A stretch of DNA of 64,000 nt from the human T2T-CHM13v2.0 reference genome, Homo sapiens, in assembly GCF_009914755.1 (NCBI RefSeq), contig NC_060947.1. The stretch is one strand, 5' to 3'. Below, one piece after another: positions 28,571 to 42,924 of the stretch. Position 1 is the stretch's first letter, and each line of letters starts with the position of its first letter. Both the position numbers and the translations under genes were made by a program. Below the pieces are notes generated by a model that saw only the letters and a list, made by a program, of their open reading frames with translations, was not told the DNA's origin and ran no database searches.

Positions 28571-29789
28571 GTCTAGACAGTTAACAGACATGAGACACAC
28601 ATTTTGAGCAAGTACCTTTCTCTCACTGGTGCCCTTGTTAAAAAGCTGGATCTTTTTCTAGATTAGCCCCAAGACCTAAAATGCCTGTCTTCAAAGGGTT
28701 GTCCTTCTTCTTTTAGGACAAAGGGGTGTAGGGGATTTGTGGGAGCTGGTTACAGAGGGCTTTGTTCTTAGATTCGAGCTAGACCATCTGTTCCCAATCA
28801 AAGCAGCTTTCAAATAGAGAGCAGTGCAACCCTGAAACATCCTGCAAGGGCCACTGAGGTTTACCTGAATGTACACCCTATGCTTGTCAGATGGACATCT
28901 CAGCGTGGACCTCCTTGGCACAAAGTTTTACACAGAGCCAGAACAACCTCCCAAACCACAATTGGGCAATTACTTTTAAAAATCCAACTGGTTGAATTCA
29001 AGTTAGAAGAAATGCCTTTTACTTTAACTTGCCTTTTTTTTCCTTGATGGAAAATAGGTTTTTTTGCTCTTCAGGCTATTGAGACATATTTGAAGGAACT
29101 GAGGTTGTATGGATTTTTAATGCAGCAAAAAGGTGAACTGTTTTGAGTACACCAATCCTGGGTATTGTGAAGATGGCTTTTCAAGAGTTGCTGTCCATCA
29201 GGATTGCATTTGGGAAATTTCATAATGCTGCTTACAATTGCTTTAAAGTCTTCTAGCAGATATGGATGCTGAAGACCATGAACCCTAGGGTCGGATATTA
29301 ATTCAATTTTTCCACCTGTAAAATGGGTAGGCCATTTGCTTCCTAACAACAAACAGCAATGAATCAGCATTTTGATCTTAGGTAATAACACACTGCTTGA
29401 GTTATTCTGTAGAAAACAGGAGTTTCCCAATTCTTCTGGTGGCTCATTCTTCACCAAAGAGGTACTTCTCTGTTTGATCATCCTCTCTCCTCTCAGCATC
29501 CTTTTCTTTTTTTTTACTTCCTTTTCATAAAACTTGATGATAAATGGTAAAGATACATTGTCAGAGATGATAAAACCCAGGAGAGAAGAAAATTGTTCCA
29601 GTTATTTTTTACCCAAGATTTAGGCCTGTGAATGTGTGTGAAGAACCAAAGTCAGTGTTAAGAATCATTCATATTGCCTAAACTGTGAATGTGTTAAAGA
29701 TATAATATATTTGGAGCATACTGAAGAACTTTAGCCAGACTATTTATTATCTAGTTATTGTCATCCTGAAAGGTATAGGGGTGAAGAAT

Positions 29790-30785
29790 AAAGTAGCATG
29801 CCCAATAATTTTGTCCTTGGCCCTGTCCTCTTCAGCATTTTTGTCAATAACTTGGATTATACTACCCGAAGCAGACTGACCAAATTGCAGATGATGCATA
29901 ACTGGGAGCGACATCTAATAAACTTGTTAAACAAATCAAGATTAAAAATGATCCCTAGAGGCCGAGTCAAAACCATTAGGACGTTTTTAAAAAGCAAAAG
30001 TCTATATTTAGGTACAAAAAATCAACAGCACATATCCAAGGTTGGGGGAAGCCTGGTTTGGCAGAAGTTTCTTAATATACCTGGGATATAATTTCAAGAC
30101 CACAAAGTAGGAGTGGTTTCCATGGAAATCTATGGTGAGCTGTTTGTTTGTTGTTGTGGTTTTGTTTTGTTTTATTTTGTTTTGTTTTATTTTTTAAAAA
30201 GCCATGCCATACTCAGCAGCACTGACAGATATGTGTTTTCTAGTCCAGAATTGGGGGGTGGGGAGGGGTATCAGTTCCCTGTCTTCTGGAGGGGTTCAAC
30301 CTTACTCACAGTGTGGTGCTCAATCCTGGACGCCAAACTTTAAGGGTGACATTTGACAAACTGGAACACATCCAGAGAAGGATGGCCAGAGTGGTGAAGA
30401 GCCTGGGATCTCTGAAGAACAGTTGGCGATAGGCTGAAAAAAAGAAGTCATAGACAGGTGGGATGCATATTGTCAGATGTTTGAAAGCCTGTCATTTGAA
30501 GATGAAGTAGATTGTTTCTGCATACTTCAGACAAAAAAAAAATAATCCTCAGGTGGTGAAAGTTACAAGGAGGTAGATTTGCAGTCAATATATTAAGAAA
30601 TTTCTAATAATTAGAGCCATCCCAAAGTAGAATGCACTGTTTTGAAGAGTAGTGAGTTCACTATCATCAGAAGTATTCAAGAGGGGATGGACCCACCTGC
30701 CAATTAAGCTATAGAGGGGATTGTTGCATTTTTTAGGAAGATGGAGGAGGTGACTGAGGCCATTACAACATTAAGAATGTGATGC
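29790..30785 (+). mobile_element. L3/CR1 LINE relic including a decayed RT C-terminus
   Basis: ORF 29798 reads VLGPVLFSIFVNNLD (CR1 RT: VLGPVLFNIFINDLD), then a frameshifted FADD motif (aaattgcagatgat); later gacaaactggaacacatccagagaaggatggccagagtggtg reads DKLEHIQRRMARVV (CR1: DKLERVQRRATRMV). Confidence 0.88.
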
Positions 30786-31399
30786 TAAGGAATCCAAACA
30801 AAGTGGGAAATAAAGGCATGTCTTCTTCACTGATGATGGATCTAAAGATTTTATTACTTATATATGGTTTTGGCTTTAATTATGAAATATTTTAAGCCTA
30901 CAGAAAATAAAACAGACAATTATTAGTTCATTTTTGAGAATAATTTTTGTTTGGGGACCCATCTCACCCTCTCCCTGCTCAGCATGGGCTGCAAAATCAA
31001 AGAAAATGGCTTTCAAATACTATATGATGTGATATCAAACTTGTAGCTCTTATCTGTCCATGACAAACCTTAGGGCTGATCCAAAGACATCATAAGAGTT
31101 CATCACTTTCCTGCACAGCTTTAAAAATTGTTTCATTGACTGTGACTGGATTACTGGATCAATTATTTTTTCAATTAAGAGTCCTGCTAAACCCCATGTA
31201 AAATGAGTTGCAAGTCAAGACAAGCCCCTGACTACTTTAGATGATTGATGGAGATATGTGGATGACAGAGACAGGCTGTAAAGAATGACAATTCTGTGGA
31301 TTGATTTGTTATGTGGATGATGATTACTGGAAGCCAAGTACCAATACTACTTACTCGTTGATACTCAGGGACTTTTGTAATTTTTAAAAGGAGAAATTT

Positions 31400-31770
31400 A
31401 GCTATTACTTCCATTTATTCTCTGCACGAACCTGTGAGGTGGGCAGAGCAGGTGTTAGCATTGCTGGGTTACAAATGACAGACCTGAAGCCCAGGGAAGT
31501 GACCGGCCCAAGGCCATATAGCCAATTAGGGGCTGAACTGTATAAAAACCCATCTCAGTGCAAACACACTGAGAAATAATTTTTAAAATAATATAAATAA
31601 CATATATCACTTATCAATTGAGCACAGACTATATGAAAGTCATAAGCACTTTACACATATTCATTTAATCCATACAATAATACTATGGAGTAGGTACTAT
31701 TATACCAATTGTTATAGATATGGAAATGAAGCTTGGAGCATCTAAGTAACTAGCCCAAGTCTATTTAACC
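31400..31770 (-). mobile_element. Two MIR fragments
   Basis: cctgtgaggtgggcagagcagg...cccaaggccatatagcc; ttgagcacagactatatg...ggagtaggtactattatacc...taagtaactagcccaag. Confidence 0.75.
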
Positions 31771-31799
31771 AATAACTTGACCTTAAAAAAAAACTCCAA

Positions 31800-32512
31800 A
31801 ACTCTTTACCTTCAGTGCCACAACACAATTCAAACCACTATTGTCTCTCACCTAGACTATAGTAATAACATTTCAAAGGTGTTCCCTACTTTCGTTGATG
31901 TTCCCTTAAATCTACTCTTCATACAGCAGCAAGAAAAGTCTTTTAAAAATATAAATCAGTTTATGCTATACCCATGATCAAAATTATTCTAATATTTCCT
32001 CCCATAGTCCTTGGCATAAAAATACAAATTCCTTACCAACATCTAACAAGGTCCTCCACGGTTGGTTCCTGCCTCCTCTACCAGATTCATCTTGCATTAT
32101 CCTCTTCCTCACTGGCCATGTTCCAGCCAGGCTAGTCTTCTTTCAGTGCCTCAAATGCATCAAATGCATTTCAGGGCCTTGTCACATGCTAGTCTCTTTG
32201 CATAGGGTGCTCTTCTACCATCAGGTGTCAGTTCAAATGCTTTGTCCACAGATAACCTTTCCCTCGCCTAATCTAAATTAAAACCACCTTATCATGAAGT
32301 CACAGCATCCTACACATTCTCCTCTTCATAGTTAGAACGTGATAATCACACATTGGTATGATTATTTGATTCATATTTATCATATTTACTGCCAGTACTA
32401 GACTGTAAGCACCATGAAGGCAGAGATCTTGTCTGTTTTGCTCACCACCATATTTCAGCACCCAGACACTGCCACACACTAGGAACCTGAAATTTATTTA
32501 ATGAATGAATAA
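31800..32512 (+). mobile_element. L2 (L2a-like) 3' region
   Basis: tctctcacctagactat...ctagactgtaagcaccatgaaggcagagatcttgtctgttttgctcacc...aatgaatgaata. Confidence 0.88.
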
Positions 32513-33305
32513 GCAAAAAATTAAAGCCCACGCCTGACTCCTGAGTCCCAATGCTTAACCATATTATCTCGATATAAAAGGGCCTAAAAAGCACCCTCTT
32601 AGCCCAACCCATTTCAACACCTTTCCCGTCATCTCTGACATTGCTATGGAAGGATGATTTACATTTACATGTGCAAAATGAATTTTCCAAAATACATGTG
32701 TTCATATATTAATGCCTGCATTTGCTAGCAGTTACATTCAAGTAGGATCAAATGTTGACAATAAGTGTTTTCTTTGCCAGCATTTAGATACATGCCATGT
32801 AATTGCAAAAATAATTAGTTAGACTTTCAGAAGGCAGTATGCTCTTGAGAGCTGAACAAAATGTTCAAAGGAATTAACCCCAAGATGGTAATTAAACCAT
32901 GCAATCATCAGCTGGAGAATGGGGCTGACACACTGTTCTGACTCTGAAACCTAAAAGGACCCACTGTGGTTACCAGGACACAAGACCAAAGGGCACTGGG
33001 GAGGGATCATGATTTATATGAACCCAGGGAAGGTATGAGCTGACTGCTACCCTATACTCACCCCACCATATCCATCCTCTATCTAATTTCCCCTCTCCTA
33101 CATCCCCAGGCTAAACACAAATAACTCATTAAAGGGCAGGATCAGGAAGATAGCTGCCTGTATGGTAGGCTTGGAAGAGTCCAGAATATCCACCCTTTTT
33201 AAGTTTCTACTGCTAAAGTAACTCCTTTGGGGTTTTCTAGATATGTATGCATTTTCATTGGATTAAGGTTTTGCTCTTTGTAAGGAGGAATTCATAAGGT
33301 AAACC

Positions 33306-33530
33306 TTTGGTTCTCAATGTGGGAGATGAGCTATGTTGCCCTCCTGAGGGATATTTGATGATGTTCTGAGGCATTTTGGGTTGTCACAACAGGTAGTAGG
33401 AGTGGTGCCCATGGCATTTAGAGGGTAGAAGTCAGTGATGTTGCAAAACATCTTACAATGCACAGGACAGCCCCTGGACAAAGAATTATCCAGACCAAAA
33501 TGTCAATATTGCCAAGGTTGAAAAACCCTG
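33306..33530 (+). mobile_element. MER20 (hAT-Charlie)
   Basis: ggttctcaa...ggttgtcacaac...aaacatcttacaatgcacaggacagccc...aaaatgtcaatattgccaaggttgaaaaaccctg. Confidence 0.88.
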
Positions 33531-33639
33531 AACTGACCCACTTACAAAGATTCATTTATTAATCCATTAACAATTCATACACAGAGTAGGTTCTTGCAGA
33601 AATAGGAGATGGGATGAGTATATTTTGATTGATCAGTTG

Positions 33640-34560
33640 AAACAGAAAGAAGGAACAGTAATTTTATAGCAGTATTCAATAGTCTGGGAAAAGACTGGAA
33701 GCAACTGACCAGTTAAGAGACTACTCTCAGTCAAGAGAAAAGGAATGATAACTTGAACTGACAATGAACAGGAGGTAGATACACGTACCTTAGAGGCAGA
33801 ATTGGTGAAGCATTACAAAAGAATGGTATAGGGAAATGAGGGAGAGAACAAAGGCAATCATGATCCTTAAGACTTTAGCTTTGGTTCCTGGAACAAGAGC
33901 AATGCATTAGAAGAAACAGGGACAACGGGAGCAGACACATAGGTGGAGGATGGACGTAGAGAAATAATATGCTGAGTTCGTGATGCCTTGAGGGCCTCTG
34001 GGTGAGGCTGTTTTATGGGCAGTTAGAAATGTGGCTCTGGAGCTCAGGAGTGTGGCTGAAGCTACAGGTATCTAGTTAGAAGTCATCCACATGGAGGTAG
34101 TGAGATTAGATCCCCTTGCCTGGCACATAGCAGGTCCTCCATAAATATTTGTTGAATTTTAAAAAACCATATTTAAAGTGAGGAGAAAAGAGGGCCAGGG
34201 ACAAAATCTTTGAAACACATCCTCATTGAGGAGGTGGACACAGAGGAAACTGAAAAGGAGGAGTAAGAGAGGTAGGGCCAGCAGAGTTTAATGCACTGGA
34301 AATCCGAGAGGAGAGTTTCAAGGGCTAAGATTTAGCCAACAATATCAAATGCGGCTCAGCAATCAATTCGAACAACGTCTATGAATAGAGGGGGATTTGA
34401 CAGTGAAGAAGTCATCATCGAACTTGAGAGAGCAGTTCAGTAGAGGAGTTGGAACAGAAACTAGGTTCCAGAAGCTGAAGACTGCAAGATCTTTATTATC
34501 CCATCATTAGTAATAGTGATAAAGGAGTTAGAATGATAGTTGATGGAGGTGGCAGGGATT
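33640..34560 (-). mobile_element. L2 fragment
   Basis: gggcagttagaaatgtggctctggagctcaggag...tttgacagtgaagaagtcatcatcgaacttgagagagcagttcagtagag. Confidence 0.7.
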
Positions 34561-34921
34561 TAGGAGGAAATGGAATCTTAGCAGATGTTTAGCCTGACAG
34601 GAAGAAGGCAGCATAGAGAGACTACAGTGTGGCACTCAAGAAGCCCAAAGAGTAAAATTAGGTTCAATTTAAGGACGAGCTCCCTAGCTGTCAGAGCTGC
34701 CCTCCAAGGGAAGTAGTGAGTTCCCTTGTTACTGGATGGATTCAAGGAGAGGCAATATGACCTCACAGAAGGTGGCTCATGTATTGAATGGGAATTTGGA
34801 CTAGATAATTCATTTCCAACCTTTTGGACTTATCAGATTAATAATATTTTAGGGGGAAAAAGGTAGGGCAGGTGCACATTGATCCAGAGAGTTACCAACC
34901 TTTTAATTTTGCTATGTTAAA

Positions 34922-35434
34922 TGTATTAGCTTTCTATTTACTGCTGTAAAAAATTACCACAAACTTAACAGCTTAAATTGACACAAGACTATTATCATAC
35001 AGTTCTGTAGGTCAGAAGTCTGGTACAGGTCTCACCAGGCTAAAACCAGTGTGTCGGCAGGGTTGTGTTCCTATCTGGAAGCCCTAAGGGAGACCCTGTT
35101 TTCTTGTCTTTTTCAACTTCTAGAGACTACCCATATTTCTTGGCTTGTGGCCTCTTTCCACTTTTCAAGCTAGCAATGGCCAGGCAAGTCTTTCCCATGT
35201 CACATTACTCTGATACCGACTCTCATTTTGCCTCTGTCTTCCACATTTAAAGAAGCTTGTGATTACACTGGGCCACCCAGATAATCCAGGATATTCTTGA
35301 TATTTTAGGGTCCATTGATTAGCAGCCTTAATCCCATCTACAGCCTAATTTCCCTTTACCGTATAACCTAATTCAGGGACTTTGGGACTCAGACATGGAC
35401 ATCTTTTGGGGAGTCATTATTTTATCTACCCACA
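34922..35434 (-). mobile_element. MaLR solo LTR, MLT1D-like
   Basis: TGTATTAG...aattaccacaaactta...cagttctgtaggtcagaagtc...gtgattacactgggccacccagataatccagga...gacatggacatctttt...ctaccCACA; about 510 bp. Confidence 0.88.
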
Positions 35435-36599
35435 TAAGAGATATAGATATATAAATATATCTCCCATGTGATAGACATCATCATCATTTATCATCAACAT
35501 CATCATTTCAGAAAATAAAGACTACATATAGCACTAAAGAGTAGAAATTATATAGAGAAAAGGACTGTCTTTCAAAAAAAAAAAAAAACCACGAGTTGTC
35601 TACCTTACTCCAACACACACAATAAAACACAGCATACATTTATTTATTTCCTTACACTGGTAACTCCACCAATTACTAATACCACAGCTTTAGAAAGCAC
35701 CAGACTATATGATCTCTCAAGGTCCCTCCTAGCTCTAAGTTTCTTTGATCCACTGGACTTCACTGTACTATGAAGGAATTACCTGGAGAACCTTGTTGTG
35801 ATGTAGCTCTATGAGTTTCTTCATAGCTATATTTTTCGTCTTCCTGCTTGCTTTAAATGCAATCATTAAATCAGCAAGAGACTTCAGTTTCCCTCTTTCC
35901 TCCTTGATTCAAAAGGTATGAAAAGTGTTCTGTAAATGATATGCAATATTGTTATTCTGAACTTTGAAGTAATCAAGTTGTTTGACATTTTTGTAATGAT
36001 GCCTTTTGGAATATGGGTGGTATAATTTGGTGCCACACTGTACATTAACAATACCCGTCTCGACCCTACAGACTCGGGGACTATAAATAAAAGCGTGACA
36101 GCTGGCTCCAGCCTTGCTTGCCACTCACCATTGAAGGGAACGCAGCTGGGGAGCTACACTAGAGTCCCCAGGAATCCAGAATGTAGTCAGAAACGACATC
36201 TTCAATGAGAAAAAAAATTGGTATTTTGTTACTGGGAATATACAGAGACAGGCACTCTTAGGAGGCAGACAACCAAGCTATTTCACACTGAGAAGGCACA
36301 GAGGCCCCAGGTAGGGACAGCATTTCACCAGCACAAAGGCATTATATAGGGAGGGAAGAGACAGAGGACAATGGCATCTTCTTGAGCCAAATTGGCAGAG
36401 TTTCTTTAACCCATTACCACCCAGAAGTGAGACTAGGAAAGAAGAAATGGATAGGAAAAGTGAAAGAGATGGAAAGTGATATCCTGGGGCTTGGTATGAG
36501 ATAGAGGGCAATGGTTACTGTGGGGAGGATAACACAATAGAGCTAACAGAGGGCAAAGTACACAGAGAGAGAGAGAGAGGTGAAGCTGATATACTTCAT

Positions 36600-36750
36600 A
36601 TTTTATTTATTTGTCTCATTTATTGTATTTTCCCCTCACTAGTCTGTAAGTCCCAAGAGGACAGGATCTTTTTCACTCCTGTATCTCCCAACATCTATAA
36701 CAGTGCCTGACACATAGTAGACGCTCAAAAAATATTTGATGAATGAATAA
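36600..36750 (+). mobile_element. L2 3' end
   Basis: ctagtctgtaagtcccaagagg...acagtgcctgacacatagtagacgctcaaaaaatatttgatgaatgaataa. Confidence 0.85.
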
Positions 36751-36754
36751 ATAG

Positions 36755-37110
36755 CTAGTATTCATTGAATGTCTATTATATGCTAAGCACTGTTATAGGT
36801 GCTGCCCATGAATGAACGTATTTTAACTTTCACAGCAATGCTGAAACAGTTATTGTCATTATCCCAATTTTACAGATGAAGAAACTCTATCAGAGGCACA
36901 GAGATACTAAGTAACTTGCCTAATAAGTAAAGGATACAGGATTTCAACCTATGTGGTCTAACTTTAGAACCTGCCTATGTAATAACCATCCTATACTGAG
37001 GCTCAGAAAGGTCAAATAACTTGCGCAAAGTTACGCAGCTTATGACTGGCAGAGCCATGATTGGAACCAAGATCTGCCTGTCTATGAAGTTGCTGCCTTT
37101 CCCTCTGCAC
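36755..37110 (-). mobile_element. MIR, near full length, plus a second MIR fragment
   Basis: attatcccaattttacagatgaagaaact...taagtaacttgcc; then actgaggctcagaaaggtcaaataacttgcgcaaag. Confidence 0.82.
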
Positions 37111-37154
37111 TTCATGACTTTATAAGATTGCCAAGACAAATATTTCTTCCATCA

Positions 37155-37584
<430 letters not shown>

Positions 37585-38679
37585 TCACCAATCTGCAACC
37601 AGCTCTCACTGCTGTTATTGGGGCTGGAGGGAGCTGAGGGAAGCAGCTGGCAGATGAATCATGGGAAACCCCTGGTAGAGCCATCTATGCTACCTTGTCT
37701 GAGGGCTAGGCATTGAAGGTAAGTCACTTTCATGCAGGTGAATCCTGACCCACGCTGCAAAAGATAGCTCTGGAGTAGGGATGGTGAGGAAATGCCAATA
37801 AAGCTTTTCTAAGAGACTAGTTCATAATTCTTGTGTGACCTTGTGTAAGACACTCCCTCCCTTTGTGTCATAGTTTCTTTATGATAGGGAGACATCAGAC
37901 CAGTGAAACTCTGTTCAATCAGAAGAGCTCCACTGTCTCATTTGTAAAATAAACTTTTCCATATAAAATTTCATTTGGAGAAAGGATTTCACCACTAAAA
38001 ACTATGCTTGAGAAACAAGTGAATAAAAAATAAGTTCCTTCTAGCTCAAACATTCTAAGAATCTAAAATCATAGACATTGTGGGTGGGTCAACTCAGTGT
38101 TCCATTCAACCCTACTTTTGACAGCCAGGAACAGGCCTAGGATCTGCTGTGAAAGGCCCTTCACAGGTCCCCCATGCCCCAGCTTCTTTCAGAGGCCATT
38201 AACACTGTCCTCATATGGCAGTTGTCTTCCCCATTGGGCTAATCCTTCGCAGGCCTTCTACTGATGTCTGTCTATGTTGGAGTGGGTGGAGCACAGGGGT
38301 CAATATTTGAAGGACAGTTGTACTTCTGTTTTATATGAAAGGAGTCAAATGTTTCCTGATTTTCACCTAAAACTCTTCTTATTGATGTCCACCACCAAAA
38401 GACAGTGGATCTGCCTTTTGGACCACGGTGGCATATTATTCCCTGAGGATTGCCACTGATCTATAAATATTCCTGAGTCCCTTGTCTGAGTCACAACCAG
38501 AGCTGTATGCTTAGTTTGGAAATTTTAAATTTCAGTGGGTTTTCTCACACAGGCTCCCTACACATTTTTATAAGTTCTTCTTTTGTCTCATTCTTCTTGT
38601 CATAATATACAGGCTTAAAGATTTCACTGGGTTCACCTTCCTGGAGACAACTCATAAAGTTTTACCAAAGTCTGGGTTT

Positions 38680-38990
38680 CACATATACAATATGACTCCC
38701 TTGATATAAAGCTTTAAAACAAGCAAAAATAATAATATATCGTTTAGGTGTATGTGTTTGTATATTTTTTTAAAACCAAGGTAATAATAAATACAAATTT
38801 CACGATAGTAGTTACCTGGGGCAGGGGTAGCAGGGAGGAGTGTTATCAATACAGGGAGATGGACTAGAGGAGGACCACATAGATAAAAGTAAGTTACCAG
38901 TAATGTTATAGTTCTCAGGTTGGGTAATGGCTTTATAGGTGTTCATTATAGTCTAAATAAATAAATGAATGCAATAAATAAAATATTAAA
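38680..38990 (+). mobile_element. L1ME-type 3' region
   Basis: atacaatatgactccc...aaacaagcaaaa...aaatttcacgatagtagttacctgggg...ggttgggtaatggctttataggtgttcattata. Confidence 0.7.
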
Positions 38991-39423
38991 AGTCCGTGTA
39001 TGAACTAACAATGATTAATTAATTCTGCACCCCGAGTTCAAGGTCAATGATTAGAAGAGCAATACAAGATTTTTTTTAATCAACCAGAACCTCGCCACTT
39101 ATCTTCTGTTTCCTTCCACTATTTCAAGAGTTTTTGAAACTGAAAGTGGATCATGGCTATAGTTTTCCTTCTTTTTAAGTTTATATTCCCCCTCAATTAT
39201 TGCCCATAATCTAGTCAGGTTGGAGTTCTCCTTACTGAAAATATGTTGCATTTTCCCATGAGACTATTTTTGTATAGGATTCATGGATCCTAATTTTTCT
39301 TTTGCCAGTTGGTATGGATCTGAGAATTACCAGCTACCCTTTGAATCATTTTGGTTGAAGGGCCATGATTGCTTGTTCTAGTCTTCCAGCCCATGACCAT
39401 TATTAGTAAGGAGAGGTTCTTTC

Positions 39424-39598
39424 TAGGGTTGACAGATAAAATACAGGATGCCCAGTTAAATTTGAATTTCAGATAAACAACAAATTATGTTTTTAGTGTA
39501 TGTATGAATTTGAGGCATACTTATACTAAAAAATTATTTACCTGAAATTCAAATTTAATTGAAAATCTTGTTTTTATTTGCTAAAGCTCGAAACCCTA
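39424..39598 (+). mobile_element. MER53 palindromic hAT MITE (internally decayed)
   Basis: TAGGGTTGACAGATAAAATACAGG...ttaaatttgaatttcag / ctgaaattcaaatttaa...AAACCCTA. Confidence 0.88.
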
Positions 39599-39649
39599 TC
39601 TCTTGTGGAGCAATGATTACTTTTTAATAACATTATTGGATTTGAGTAC

Positions 39650-39870
39650 ATGTGAGTGTGAGTTTTGGATCAAGCACACTCAGATTCAAATTCTGGCTCC
39701 TCTGCTTAATAGCTAGAACAGTTTTTTTGGTCTCAGAATTTTTATCTATTAAATAGGAATAACAGCAATACCTCATAAAGCTGATGAGAATATTAAATGA
39801 AAAAATATTTGTACAGTAGTTAGTATAGTGCCTGGCTAAATACTATTCTCATTATTAATGGCTGTTATTA
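39650..39870 (+). mobile_element. MIR SINE
   Basis: gattcaaattctggctcctctgcttaatagct...atacctcataaagctgatgagaatattaaatga...atagtgcctggc. Confidence 0.75.
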
Positions 39871-40105
39871 TCAATGGCTATTATCATTATTATTGGATGT
39901 TATCATTATTATTGTCAATTTTGTACAGAACATTATGTGCACTGGCCAAGATTTGATTTGGTATTGCAAAACTCCACTTACAGGATTAATTTGAGAATGG
40001 GACTTTTCTTAGCATCACCCTTGGTGATGATCAAGACATCCCTTTTGTTTCTGAGTATTGTACTCCCTTTGGCTCTTGTCATGAAGTACCCCAGATTCAC
40101 TCTAG

Positions 40106-40423
<318 letters not shown>

Positions 40424-41914
40424 GGATTTTTCCTTTTAATATAAAGACGTTTCCTGTGCATGTGTCTGAGGGTCACTTAGAATTCTTCAAGTTGAAGACT
40501 ATTGTCTCCTATGATGGAGATGGTTAAGTGACTGATAATCACTTTTGAAATGCTACCCTCAAGCCAATGGCTAATGACTTTGGTTGATAAAAAGAGAACA
40601 GCTCTAATCAACATAGATTCGAATCAAATGCAGGGAAAGCAAAATACTACATCCACTGAGAACTCTATCTCTCACAACAGGGTCAAGAAATGAATTAAAT
40701 TGGTTTTCCACTTGCCTTCATGCTTTCAATACCTTCTTTATTTTTGGTGCTCAACGTCTTCACTGTTTCTCCTCTCAGGGAGGACTCCAGACCCCATACA
40801 CATTCTCTTCTCTGACCCACTCATCCCCATCAAAATTTACCCATCTGATTTCCCACTCATCCTTGCATCTAATCAGACATTAATTTATCTTACCACAGTA
40901 ACTGCTAAATAAGATTCTATTTAATCACTCTCCCAGGCCACAGACTTCTTTTAAACACTTGAAGAAGTAAACTTAACAGTGGTATTTAGGGTTTTCTAGT
41001 AGGTAAGGGAGACCATGCAGGACCCCTTAAATCACACCACATTATGCCTGTTATGTCTGCTTCGCATGAATGGAAGTGAGCAGTGGTGCAGATAATCTAA
41101 AGATCATTTCCACTTTGTTTGTGAATGCTCCACAGTGTTGTTGTAGCTGATTTGTTTTGCTAATTATGTTCTACTGAAGCTAATATTAAAATTGGTTCAC
41201 ATTTTTTAAGCTCTTATGGGCCAGAAGAGAGAAGAGGCAGCAATGTGGCCCACTTTGAAATGAAGGAAAGGTGACAACTGTGAGGGGGGTGTGAAAATTC
41301 TACATGTGGGCTAGTGGAGTCTATAAGATACATGCAAAAGGATCAAGATAGAACTTTCCCAATTACACATGGGCAGGATAGGCAGCCACCTAACCCCTGT
41401 GACTCGATGAGCACTGAAAGGACAGTCTTCCCATGGCCTGCCCAGAGCCTTAAATCATCTAAATTAATAGCCCACATTAAGGGCTTTAATAATAACATAA
41501 CTGTGGCTAAGACATTATGTAACCTGAAGGGTAACACATTTCCTAGCAGACTTATTAGCAGCTAGTCTTACTAAATTCTCAGTCACCTATGAGAAAAAGG
41601 AATGAAGGGTGGTACAAAAAACAGTTGTAGTTGTAGTTTGATGGACGCATTAGTACACTAAGAGGCCCCTGGGCAGCTAAAGTGGAAGTACAAGAGCACT
41701 GAATGCCTTGGAGATGAGCCGGGAGGGTTTTGAAAGGGAGTAAGACGACTTTCACCTCTATTTTTCCCACATTTTCTTAGTTTCCAGCTCATTGTGCACA
41801 TAGAGAATGTGTACCTGTATCAAATTAATTCTCTTCCCTTTCTTACTCTTCTCCTGTTGGGTAACTGGGTTTTCAGGGGCTTCTTTCTTCTGAGGTATGC
41901 AATTTGGGGCCTAA

Positions 41915-42395
<481 letters not shown>

Positions 42396-42609
42396 AGTAA
42401 TAGTAATTTTAGAACCTAATTTTTCAAGCTATGTAGGCCCTCCCTGAAAAAGCAGTTTGGAATACCTCTTGATTGAGTCACCATAGTTGAAAAAGAACGC
42501 CTCCCCCATCAAAAATTTTATCTGGTCTAAAATGTATGAAGTAAAAGCAGCTTAGTCTAAGTAGAGAGAGGCTTAAATTGGAAAGTTTTGGAAAATTAAT
42601 CCTGTCAGA

Positions 42610-42740
42610 AACTGTAATTATCCCCATTTCATAGATGAGATAGCTAAAGTCCAAGTGCTTTTTCATACAGCAGTTTCACCACTAAAATGGGACTGGTAGC
42701 AATGTCTCTTGCTTCCAGGACTCATTCCGTCAGATCACAT
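42610..42740 (-). mobile_element. MIR fragment
   Basis: attatccccatttcatagatgagatagctaaagtcc, the antisense MIR core. Confidence 0.6.
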
Positions 42741-42822
42741 TAGGTTTTCAGCTTAGCAGGCCTCAACAATTATCTGATAGAAATAATGAGTGAGACAGCT
42801 AAACTGGGCTTTGGGGATTGAC

Positions 42823-42839
42823 TTTTTGTTTTGTTTTTG

Positions 42840-42871
<32 letters not shown>
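42823..42871. repeat. (TTTTG/TTTTTG)n simple repeat
   Basis: Directly visible. Confidence 0.9.
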
Positions 42872-42884
42872 AAATAGTGAGACA

Positions 42885-42924
42885 GTCTACGGCCATACCA
42901 CTCTAAATATGCCCAGTCTCCTCT
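42885..42924 (+). pseudogene. 5S rRNA 5' fragment (nt 1-40), tailless retropseudogene
   Basis: GTCTACGGCCATACCACtCTaAAtatGCCCagTCTCcTCT is 32/40 identical to human 5S nt 1-40 as recalled, with the first 17 nt exact; flanked by a 12-bp direct repeat AATAGTGAGACA (42873-42884, 42925-42936). Confidence 0.88.

Noticed and set aside
29798-30091. RT-like ORF as an active retroelement or domesticated gene
   Set aside because: The catalytic FADD motif is frameshifted and the downstream frame is broken; it is a fossil.
32453-32472. RE1/REST-like site TTCAGCACC-C-AGACAC-TGCC in an L2 3' end
   Set aside because: The left half matches, but the spacer is one base short and the right half (GGACAG) has two mismatches.
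36120-36560. Possible antisense LTR-like segment
   Set aside because: Composition is suggestive, but I could not identify termini, a TSD or a family.
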